From Candidatus Eremiobacteria bacterium (lineage in GTDB: Bacteria > Vulcanimicrobiota > Vulcanimicrobiia > Vulcanimicrobiales > Vulcanimicrobiaceae): a stretch of 64,000 nucleotides of DNA. The translations under genes and the position numbers were made by a program. Location: NCBI GenBank assembly GCA_963758295.1, contig CAVWUU010000006.1, positions 64,001 to 128,000 on the forward strand, in the 5' to 3' direction. Every line of letters starts with the position of its first letter. Position 1 is the first letter of the stretch. Shown one piece after another: positions 27,874-36,027 of the stretch. Under the pieces are notes generated by a model. It had not been told where the DNA came from and searched no databases. It was given only the letters and a program-made list of their open reading frames with translations.

Positions 27874-29808
27874 ATGGCGACCGAGACGCTCATTATCGTC
27901 GTCGGCGGCGACTACCTGGCGTACGAAATTTGCCGTGAGATTCTGAAGACGGCGGGCCAGCGCATCGTGCTCGTTTGGAAGCACGAAGACGAGCGCGCTC
28001 ATCGCCTTCTTGCGAGCGTCGTGGCGTCGCTGACGGAAGAATTTCCGGAGACCTTTTCATTCGTCAACGCCGATCCCGCCGACACCGCGACGTTGCGCCG
28101 GGCCGGCTTGCAAAGTGGCGATCGCGACGCGACCCATACCGACTACTGCCTCGTCGCGGTTTCGCAAGACGACCGGTTGAATCTGCGTGTCGCGTTATTG
28201 GCGCGCGATATCAACGAACGGGTGCGAGTGACGATCCGCCAGTTCAATCCCGTGCTCGGCCACAAGATCCAAGAAGGCCTTAAACATAACTGCACCGCCA
28301 TTTCGCCTGCCGCACACGCAGCGGCGACGTACGCGGCATCGGCGGTGGATCCGTCTTGTTTCTATGCGTTGCCGTTTCCGACGCTTGAGACCATGGTTAC
28401 CAAGGCCGTGCATCGCATCGACGTAACGCGCGATACGAGCGATGCGCAGCGGAACTCCGCGGGGCTTTTCGGGTTCTGCGAAAGGACGGCGCGAGACTTC
28501 GGCGTCGAGGGATCGACGATTGCCGAAGCCGAGGAGAAGCTGCACGCGCGAATCGTAGCGGTAGACGGCGTCGCTCCGTATCTGTGCCATGGCGATGAAG
28601 ATCACGCGGACGGTGACCTACTAGGTCGCACACTCGATGCCGGCTCGCGCGTCGTCGTCTTCGGGCCGATCGTGCACCTGAAGGAAACCTGGGCCGACGC
28701 TCCGCACCGCGTCCGCCGGTACAACTGGCGCGAGCGATGGACGGGCGCGCTAAGAAACGTGCGGATATCGATCCGCCGAACGGAGCCGATCCTTCGAACG
28801 CTTATTCTCGGGGCGTTCTTGCTGTACGCGCTCTTCGTCGCGTTTTTCGCCTGGAATTTGCACCTGAACATCGTGGCGTCGCTCTACTACGTAATGACGA
28901 CGATGACGACGGTTGGATACGGTGACATTTCGCCGTGTAAAAACTGCGCGAACCATCCGTTGACGGGCGCAGAAATAGCCGGCATGCTCGTCGCGATGCT
29001 CGTGATGTTCGTAGGGATCGTCGGGTTCGCGGTCTTTACGGCAACGATTACGTCCGCGTTGAACGCCGCGACCACGCGGCGATTGCAAGGCTTGAGGCGC
29101 ATCCATCGATCGGGCCACGTCATAGTTTGCGGCGCGGGAAACGTGGGCTCGCTGGTGATCGACTATTTACGCGAACTCGGCGAAGACGTCGTCGTGGTGG
29201 AACAGAATCCGGATGCTATTCTAATCGAGCTGGCCCGTGACCGGAAAGTCGATTTGCTGACGGGCGATGCAACGAACGACGAAACCATCGGGTACTGCAC
29301 GCCCGAACGCGCGAAAGCGTTGATCGGCGTTACGAACAGCGATACCGCGAACCTGGAGGTTGCGCTCGGCGCGCGTACGCGAACGAAAGAGCGCGGACAC
29401 GGCGTTTTTCACGTGGTTTTGCGCATCGACGATCTCGCGTTCGGCGCGTCGATCAAACGGCATTTCGGCATTGCTTCGTTCTCCACAACGGAATTGACGG
29501 CGCCCACGATTGCCGGTCTCGCGCGGTTCGAAAGCACGCGCGGCCGCTTCGATCTATTCGCCGATTCCGCCAACGCTCGCACGTTCCAGCTTGCCGAGCG
29601 CCTTCAAAATGCCGGGAACGCGCCGCCTCCGGCACCGCCCGAACGGCCGGGCTACAAGGTGCGTTGGATCCCGCTGTTCGTTTGGCGCGAGCAGCAGAAC
29701 GGCGGAGGAGTTGCGGTTCCCGTCCACAAGTTCGAACACGACGTCCGGCCGGGCGACCGTCTGTTGTTCATGGTCCCGCTCGACCAATTCAGTGAAGAGA
29801 AAGGCTAA
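27874..29808 (+). CDS. Potassium channel with N- and C-terminal RCK/TrkA-N domains
   Basis: TMTTVGYGD filter between two TM helices; HVIVCGAGNVG, GDAT, D.ANL; N-terminal RCK (DDRLNL). Confidence 0.92.
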   Translation: MATETLIIVVGGDYLAYEICREILKTAGQRIVLVWKHEDERAHRLLASVVASLTEEFPETFSFVNADPADTATLRRAGLQSGDRDATHTDYCLVAVSQDDRLNLRVALLARDINERVRVTIRQFNPVLGHKIQEGLKHNCTAISPAAHAAATYAASAVDPSCFYALPFPTLETMVTKAVHRIDVTRDTSDAQRNSAGLFGFCERTARDFGVEGSTIAEAEEKLHARIVAVDGVAPYLCHGDEDHADGDLLGRTLDAGSRVVVFGPIVHLKETWADAPHRVRRYNWRERWTGALRNVRISIRRTEPILRTLILGAFLLYALFVAFFAWNLHLNIVASLYYVMTTMTTVGYGDISPCKNCANHPLTGAEIAGMLVAMLVMFVGIVGFAVFTATITSALNAATTRRLQGLRRIHRSGHVIVCGAGNVGSLVIDYLRELGEDVVVVEQNPDAILIELARDRKVDLLTGDATNDETIGYCTPERAKALIGVTNSDTANLEVALGARTRTKERGHGVFHVVLRIDDLAFGASIKRHFGIASFSTTELTAPTIAGLARFESTRGRFDLFADSANARTFQLAERLQNAGNAPPPAPPERPGYKVRWIPLFVWREQQNGGGVAVPVHKFEHDVRPGDRLLFMVPLDQFSEEKG

Positions 29809-29809
29809 C

Positions 29810-30265
29810 GTGCTTAGCGAAGGCGATAAGCTTCCAAAGCTCAAGGTGACCGACGACGAGGGCAGCGAGCTCTCTACGAGCGATTTGCTAGGCGAATCGC
29901 TCGTCTTGTACTTCTATCCCAAAGACGACACGCCGGGCTGCACCAACGAAGCCTCGCAATTCCGCGATCTCTACAAACAATTCCAGAAGAAGAAGGCGCG
30001 CATCGTCGGCGTGAGCCGCGATTCGGTTCCGTCGCATCAAAAATTCAAGACGAAGTATTCGATCCCGTTCCAGCTCCTTGCCGACACCGATTCGAAGGTG
30101 TGCGATGCGTTCGGAGTGATCGTCGAAAAGAATATGTACGGCAAGAAATCGATGGGCGTGCAGCGGTCGACGTTTCTCATCGATAAGAACGGTAAGATCG
30201 TCCGCGTTTGGCCGAAGGTCAAAGTCGACGGGCATGCCGATGAGGTTCTCGCATCGCTACCGTAA
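29810..30265 (+). CDS. bcp: Peroxiredoxin BCP/PrxQ
   Basis: LYFYPKDDTPGCTNEA, GVS.DS..SH..F, RSTFLID, KVKVDGHA; GTG 29810. Confidence 0.95.
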   Translation: MLSEGDKLPKLKVTDDEGSELSTSDLLGESLVLYFYPKDDTPGCTNEASQFRDLYKQFQKKKARIVGVSRDSVPSHQKFKTKYSIPFQLLADTDSKVCDAFGVIVEKNMYGKKSMGVQRSTFLIDKNGKIVRVWPKVKVDGHADEVLASLP

Positions 30266-31041
30266 TGGCGGCTTCCATGCGAGTCCGGGTCGTCGGATCG
30301 AGCGCATCCGTTCCGCGACCGGGCCGCGCATGTACGTGTCAAATGATTCGCACGCGCGAAGCCAAGATTTTAATCGATTTGGGTTCGGGCGCGCTTTCGA
30401 ATCTGCGCGAGGTGATCGACTATCCGGACGTGGACGCAATCATTATCACGCACATGCACGCCGATCACTTCCTCGATCTCATTCCGCTGCGGTACGGGCT
30501 AAAATACGGTCCTCTGTTGCGTGAGGAAAAGATGCCGCTATGGCTGCCGCCCGGCGGAGAAGCGCAACTGCGCGCGCTCACCGGAACGTTCAAACGCGAA
30601 GACTCGAGCGATTTTCTCGATGAGGTGTTTGATGTACGCGAGTACGATCCGGCGGGAGAACTCTACGTGGGCAATATCACGCTGACGTTCGCGAAAACGG
30701 TGCACTACATCGACGCTTACGCGGTACGGGCGGAACGCGACGGATCGAGCGTCGTTTACTCGAGCGATACCGGGCCATGTGAAGCCGTCGAAGAACTCGC
30801 GCGCGGCTGCAGTCTTTTTCTGTGCGAAGCCGCGCTCGGCTTAGCTTCGGAAGCGGGGCCGGTGCGCGGACATCTTTCAGCTATCGAAGCCGGCGAAATG
30901 GCAAGAAACGCCGGCGCGCGCCGCTTAGTCCTCACGCATTACGGCAGTGAGTTCGCTCCCGATGAACTTGCCGACGCCGCCCGCACCGTCTACCATGGGC
31001 CCACGGCGACCGCCGACGACGGCACCGAACTCGCCGTTTAA
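30265..31041 (+). CDS. MBL-fold metallo-hydrolase (RNase Z/YhfI-like)
   Basis: THMHADH, YSSDTG, LCEA, GHL, LVLTH. Confidence 0.9.
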   Translation: MAASMRVRVVGSSASVPRPGRACTCQMIRTREAKILIDLGSGALSNLREVIDYPDVDAIIITHMHADHFLDLIPLRYGLKYGPLLREEKMPLWLPPGGEAQLRALTGTFKREDSSDFLDEVFDVREYDPAGELYVGNITLTFAKTVHYIDAYAVRAERDGSSVVYSSDTGPCEAVEELARGCSLFLCEAALGLASEAGPVRGHLSAIEAGEMARNAGARRLVLTHYGSEFAPDELADAARTVYHGPTATADDGTELAV

Positions 31042-31058
31042 GCGGGTATGCTGTTCGC

Positions 31059-31229
31059 ATGATCGACCTTACCTATATCGACCCGCTCGCCGAAGAAGAA
31101 AACGACGACGAACGGCCGGCTTACTGGCACAAACGCCGCCGCTTCATGGCGCTCGATCGCCGCTTATCGACTGCCGCGCGACGCCGCGCTCGCCGTCGCT
31201 CCAAACGGGCGAAGAATTCATCACGCTAG
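31059..31229 (+). CDS. Small hypothetical protein (56 aa) with acidic N-half and Arg-rich C-half
   Basis: Manual translation MIDLTYIDPLAEEENDDERPAYWHKRRRFMALDRRLSTAARRRARRRSKRAKNSSR; fills the gap; below the ORF-track cutoff. Confidence 0.5.
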   Translation: MIDLTYIDPLAEEENDDERPAYWHKRRRFMALDRRLSTAARRRARRRSKRAKNSSR

Positions 31230-31243
31230 GCAAGGCTCGCAGT

Positions 31244-31618
31244 TTACCGGCGGTAGCAAATCTCCAATTTATTGCCGTCGACGTCTTCAAAGAATGCCGC
31301 ATAATATCGCGGCGATCCATAATAGTTTTCCGGCGCTTCGAATTCGCACGCACCCGCCGCTCGAGCCACTTCCGCTAAGCGATCGACGTCTTCGCGCGAA
31401 GCGGCACGAAACGCAATGCGCGCGTCATTAGCGTGATGACCGGGATCGGCCATTATCCCAAAGAACGGTTGCGACCATTCCTCATCGGGCCGGTGATAAT
31501 TAACATCGTGCTCCCTAACATCAAAGCGGCTAAACCCCATTGCCGACATTAGAGCATCATAGAACGGCCTCGCCGTCGCCAGATCTTTAACTCGGAGGTC
31601 AATGTGATCGATCAGCAT
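31244..31618 (-). CDS. VOC/glyoxalase family protein
   Basis: MLIDHIDLRV.DL...FYD, IAFRA.SREDVD, YYAAFFED.DGNKLEI. Confidence 0.9.
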   Translation of the reverse strand: MLIDHIDLRVKDLATARPFYDALMSAMGFSRFDVREHDVNYHRPDEEWSQPFFGIMADPGHHANDARIAFRAASREDVDRLAEVARAAGACEFEAPENYYGSPRYYAAFFEDVDGNKLEICYRR

Positions 31619-31692
31619 TCGTTGCATCTTTGGTCTCAGGCTCAGGATGACGGGGCCGTGCGAGGCTGAACCGTGCAAAATGACGGCCAGGG

Positions 31693-32247
31693 CTAGTTGT
31701 CGGTTTTGGCGTGACCTCGTGGTAGAGAAAATTGGATCAACGCCCTAACAGGCGCGAGGCCCCGGCTAATGACCGCGCACGGCGTAACCTTTAATCCCAG
31801 GCCCTCGAGACGCTTACAAGACGCCATGAGTTCGCGGCCCGACGTTACGACGTCCTCGACGAGTAAAATGTGCTGTCCCGCCTCGTACGGTCCCTCGACG
31901 AACTCCTCGGGAAATGCGCCGTAGCCCTTCGGTTCCTTGCGCACGGCGATCATCGGTAAGCCGGACATCTGCGAAACAGCGGTTGCAATGACGACGCCGC
32001 CCAGCTCGGTCCCGGCAATTAGGTCGGGATGGACTTCCGTCAGAAGAGGCGTGAACAATCGCGCGATGCGCCGCAGGACGTGCGGATCGGAGAACAAGCG
32101 AAATTTGTCGATGTAGTAGTCGCTGCGCACGCCGCCGGAGAGCACGTAATCGCCTCTCGTAAGCGCGCGTTCCATGATCATCTTGCGAAGCCAGACGAGT
32201 TCGGGCAGCGGCCCTACCGGTTGATTGGGATTCCCTAAATGCTCCAT
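31693..32247 (-). CDS. pyrE: Orotate phosphoribosyltransferase-like protein
   Basis: GDYVLSGG..SDYYID, GTELGG, VRKEPKGYG, PRPP loop LLVEDVVTSG. Confidence 0.75.
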   Translation of the reverse strand: MEHLGNPNQPVGPLPELVWLRKMIMERALTRGDYVLSGGVRSDYYIDKFRLFSDPHVLRRIARLFTPLLTEVHPDLIAGTELGGVVIATAVSQMSGLPMIAVRKEPKGYGAFPEEFVEGPYEAGQHILLVEDVVTSGRELMASCKRLEGLGLKVTPCAVISRGLAPVRALIQFSLPRGHAKTDN

Positions 32248-33869
32248 TGCCACGAGTTCCAATTCTCCGTTACCGGGTTCGGGTCAAAGCCCTTGAAGTC
32301 GACGCTGATGGGATTCTGTTGGCGCAGCCAGCAGAAGAAGATTTGCGGCACTTGCGTTGCGAGCGTAGCTTGCGTTTGCGCATAAGCTTTCTTGCGCCCC
32401 GCCTGGTCGTAATTCGTCAAAGCTTCCGATTCGGCTGCGTCCATCGTCTTGTTGCAGAAGCGGGTGTAATCGTAACCGCCGGGCGGGATATTCTTGCACG
32501 TGAATTGCGAGCTGTCGTCAGGGTCAAGCCCGGAGAACCAACCGTTGATCGCCATATCGTAGTGTCCGGTCTGCAGAATTCCGCCTTGCGCGGCCGACGC
32601 ATAAAGCTCGGCGAACGGGAAAAGCTTGATCTGCGCGTCGATACCGGCGGCGTGCAGTTGATTCTGAATTTGAACAGCCATTTGTTTGTAGGTGACGTTC
32701 GAATTCTCCGTTATCAGTAACAGCGAAAGCTTTTGTCCATTCTTTTGCATGATGCCGTCGGCGCCCGGGTTATAGCCCGCTTGCGCCAACAGCTGCCGAG
32801 CTTTAGCCGGGTCATGTGGCGGATTCTTGATCGTATGGTCGTTCGCCCACATCCAGTCGGGCAGATCCTCCGTCGCGACTTTCTCCTGGCCAAACGCGGC
32901 CGTATCGATTAAGTTTTGCTTATCGATGGCATACGCGATGGCTTGGCGTACCCGAACGTCATCGAGCGGCGGATGCGACGTATTGATTTGCATGCCGTAA
33001 TAGCCGTTGGCTTCCACCCACGTCGTCGTGATGTCGCTGACGGTTTTTAGAGCGGGATAGAGGCGGATCGATGCTTCGTAAATCCAATCGATGTCATGCG
33101 TCTTGAGCAAGTTCGCCGACGTGTTTTCGTCCGGAACCATCTTGATGACGACTTTGTCCAAGCGCGGTTTGCCCATGAAGAAATCCGGATTTGCGACAAG
33201 CGTGATGTGGTCGTTGCGCACCCACTCGCCAAAACGGAACGGGCCGTCGGACACGGTCGGCTCGCTGTTGAACGGGACCTCGTTGACGTTCTGATATTTC
33301 GAAAGCACGTGCGCCGGCGAAATCGAGAACGGCTGATCGCTTTCCGCAAAAAACGTATTGACGAACGGCGCAAACTTGGATTTTAAATGAACCACGGCCG
33401 TCTTGGAATCCGGCGTGTCGATCGACGCAACGTCGTCGTAGCCGTGGCGCGTCACCACGTTATTGCGCGGGTTCATCATGGCTTGCCAGGAAAACTTTAC
33501 GTCTTCACTCGTAACCGGCTGCCCGTCCGACCACTTCGCATTGCCGCGTAGACGATAAGTGATGGTCAAGCCGCCATTGCTTACGCCGCCGTTCGCGGGC
33601 GTCGGAACTTCCGATGCGAGCATCGGTACCGGGTCGCCCTTAGCGTTCGCGGAGACCAGCGGCGCAAAAAGAAAACGAGTGACGAAGACCTCGATCGTGT
33701 TGCTCGCCAGCACCGGATTCAACGTCTTGGGTTCGCCTTGAATGGCTACTCGAAGGACGCCGGGTTGCGTCCAAGAGTGCCGCCCGCCGGCGGTTCCGTT
33801 TTCCGTAGAAACCTTGGTGCACCCGGCGAGAAAAGCGCCGAGTGCAACAAGGGCGAAAATCCGTTTCAC
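32235..33869 (-). CDS. Peptide/nickel ABC transporter substrate-binding lipoprotein (family 5)
   Basis: Lipobox LAGC; KWSDGQPVTSEDVKFS, GPF, DVRVRQAIAYAID. Confidence 0.93.
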   Translation of the reverse strand: MKRIFALVALGAFLAGCTKVSTENGTAGGRHSWTQPGVLRVAIQGEPKTLNPVLASNTIEVFVTRFLFAPLVSANAKGDPVPMLASEVPTPANGGVSNGGLTITYRLRGNAKWSDGQPVTSEDVKFSWQAMMNPRNNVVTRHGYDDVASIDTPDSKTAVVHLKSKFAPFVNTFFAESDQPFSISPAHVLSKYQNVNEVPFNSEPTVSDGPFRFGEWVRNDHITLVANPDFFMGKPRLDKVVIKMVPDENTSANLLKTHDIDWIYEASIRLYPALKTVSDITTTWVEANGYYGMQINTSHPPLDDVRVRQAIAYAIDKQNLIDTAAFGQEKVATEDLPDWMWANDHTIKNPPHDPAKARQLLAQAGYNPGADGIMQKNGQKLSLLLITENSNVTYKQMAVQIQNQLHAAGIDAQIKLFPFAELYASAAQGGILQTGHYDMAINGWFSGLDPDDSSQFTCKNIPPGGYDYTRFCNKTMDAAESEALTNYDQAGRKKAYAQTQATLATQVPQIFFCWLRQQNPISVDFKGFDPNPVTENWNSWQWSI

Positions 33870-33917
33870 GAAGCCAATAGCCTCCGCAGCAATATGGGCA
33901 AAGTCTGCCCTACATTG

Positions 33918-35966
33918 TCAAACGGCGGCTTTCGGTCCTACCCGGTTCGCCGGAACGGGATCGTAACGTTCGTGGCGCCGGCTGAAAGTCGCGAGGCCTT
34001 GCGTCGCCGTCCGCAATTCGGTTATGTAGCGGGAGAGTTCAACCTGTGGTACGTCGGCCTCCACCACATCGTAACCGGCACGATCTGCGGGGTTCATGCC
34101 CAGGATCTGGCCGCGCTTCCCGGTGAGTTGCTGGATCACGGATGAGGTGAGCGTGGCCGGAACCGTTACGGTTACACGCGAGATCGGTTCCAGCACCGTC
34201 GGACGGCACTTCGGAAGCGCATCACGTACGCCCATGCCGGCCGCGGTTTTGAAGGCCTGTTCGCTCGAGTCGACGTCGTGATACTGGCCGTCATAAAGTG
34301 TCACATGGAGGTCCGTCACGGGAAAGCCGCTCGGTCCATGGAGCAGTGCTTCGCGAACGCCTTTTTCGACCGCCGGGATGAATTGCCGCGGAACGACGCC
34401 TCCCACGATCTGCTCGCCGAATGTCGCGCCGGAACCGCGCTCGCTCGGCTCAAACCGCAGCCAAACATCGCCGAATTGCCCGTGGCCGCCCGTTTGGTGT
34501 TTGTATCGCGAGTGAACTTCCGTTCCGGTTCCGATGGTTTCGAGGTATGGAATCTGCGGAGGCGCAGTTTCCACTTCGACTTTGTACTTACGGCTTAGGC
34601 GTTCGACCGCGATCGCGACGTGTTGCTCGCCGCCGCCCAATAACAAAAATTCATTGGTGACGTCGGCTCGTGCCAGGCGCAGCGCCGGATCTTCCTCAAT
34701 GATGCGTGCAAGCATCGCGAAGATCTTTGCTTCGTCGATACGTTCTTTCGGCTTGATAGCGATTGCGAAGACCGGTTCATCTAGCGAGACGCGCGGCAAC
34801 AGCACTTTATGTCCGTTGCTCGTCAGCGTATCGCCCGTCTTCACCGGTTCCAGGCGCGCGATCGCCACGATGGAGCCGGGACCGGCTTCGGAAATCGTTT
34901 CTTGTTTTTTTCCTTGCAGACGATAAAGGCCGCCCGAACGCACCTTTTCGTTGCCTTGCGTGATATCGGTAAGGGTGGAATCTGCTTTGATCGTCCCCGA
35001 AAGCACGCGCACGACGGAAAGCTTGCCCGATTGCGGGTGGATCGTCGTCTTGATGACTTGCGCGACGACGTGGCCCTGCGCATCTGCGGCAATCGGACGC
35101 CCTTCGGCATCCACCACGTTCGCGTCGGCCGGCGAGGGGAACCAGCGTTCCATCGCATGCACGAGACCGGCTATGCCCGCCCCGGTCGATCCGGCGGCCG
35201 CTAGTACCGGAACGATCTGATCGTGCGAACACTCGTCGCACAGATCGCGTTCCACCTCGTCCGCCGGCGGCTCCACGCCTTCCAGCAGCTCTTCCATCAG
35301 GTGGTCGTCGAAATCGGCCATCGCTTCAAGAAATTCGTTGCGTGCAAGGTGCGCGCGCGCGGAAACGTGTTCGGGAATCTCGCCGCTTCGTTCACCGCTT
35401 TCAAAGTTGTGCGTCGTCATTTGCGCGAGATCGACGTAACCGGCAAAGGCTCCGTCTTCGCTGCCGTGACGCGTGGCGAACGGCCATTCGACCGCGACGA
35501 CGTGACGCCCGAATAAAGCTTGAAGTGCGGCCAGCGTCCGTTCGAAGTCGGCGCCGGGACGATCGAGCTTATTGACCACGAAGCAATGCGGCATGCGCCG
35601 CGCTTCAAGATAGTCAACGAGGAGCTGCGTTTGTGCTGCGCGATTGGGGTCGGCTTCCACCACGATGACGGCGGCGTCGGCGCCCGCAAGCGCCAATTTC
35701 GCCTCTTCGAAAAAATCGATGAAGCCGGGGCAGTCGATAATCGTGAGCTCGACGTCGTCGCATGCGCAATGCGCAAAACCGACGGTCGTCGATTGAAGAT
35801 GAGCGGTGTCTTCGGGCTCGTGGTCGGTGACGGTGGTGCCGTCCGCAATGGAACCGCGCCTGGGGATCGCGCCGCAATGCGCGAGAACGGCCTCGACCAG
35901 TGTGGTTTTGCCCGCATGATGCGGGCCGACGAAAGCGATATTGCGAAGGCGAGCGATGTCCGCCAT
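33918..35966 (-). CDS. Elongation factor G-like protein (EF-G2)
   Basis: RNIA..G....GKTT, DCPG, NKLD, HQTGGHGQFGDV, GFPVTD, HDVDSSE, LEPI; ATG 35966. Confidence 0.92.
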   Translation of the reverse strand: MADIARLRNIAFVGPHHAGKTTLVEAVLAHCGAIPRRGSIADGTTVTDHEPEDTAHLQSTTVGFAHCACDDVELTIIDCPGFIDFFEEAKLALAGADAAVIVVEADPNRAAQTQLLVDYLEARRMPHCFVVNKLDRPGADFERTLAALQALFGRHVVAVEWPFATRHGSEDGAFAGYVDLAQMTTHNFESGERSGEIPEHVSARAHLARNEFLEAMADFDDHLMEELLEGVEPPADEVERDLCDECSHDQIVPVLAAAGSTGAGIAGLVHAMERWFPSPADANVVDAEGRPIAADAQGHVVAQVIKTTIHPQSGKLSVVRVLSGTIKADSTLTDITQGNEKVRSGGLYRLQGKKQETISEAGPGSIVAIARLEPVKTGDTLTSNGHKVLLPRVSLDEPVFAIAIKPKERIDEAKIFAMLARIIEEDPALRLARADVTNEFLLLGGGEQHVAIAVERLSRKYKVEVETAPPQIPYLETIGTGTEVHSRYKHQTGGHGQFGDVWLRFEPSERGSGATFGEQIVGGVVPRQFIPAVEKGVREALLHGPSGFPVTDLHVTLYDGQYHDVDSSEQAFKTAAGMGVRDALPKCRPTVLEPISRVTVTVPATLTSSVIQQLTGKRGQILGMNPADRAGYDVVEADVPQVELSRYITELRTATQGLATFSRRHERYDPVPANRVGPKAAV

Positions 35967-35991
35967 TCCACGCTCCAAAATCTGCTGAAGA

Positions 35992-36023
35992 AGCCCGGGC
36001 GCACACGTTCGGCTTCCCGGGCT
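35992..36023 (-). terminator. Stem-loop between the PHP/H1-tail gene and EF-G2 (weak terminator or processing site)
   Basis: agcccggg...cccgggct inverted repeat; poor U tail. Confidence 0.4.
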
Positions 36024-36027
36024 CTCG

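Noticed and set aside
28935..28956. c-type heme motif in the K+ channel loop
   Set aside because: Sequence is CxxCxxH, not CxxCH
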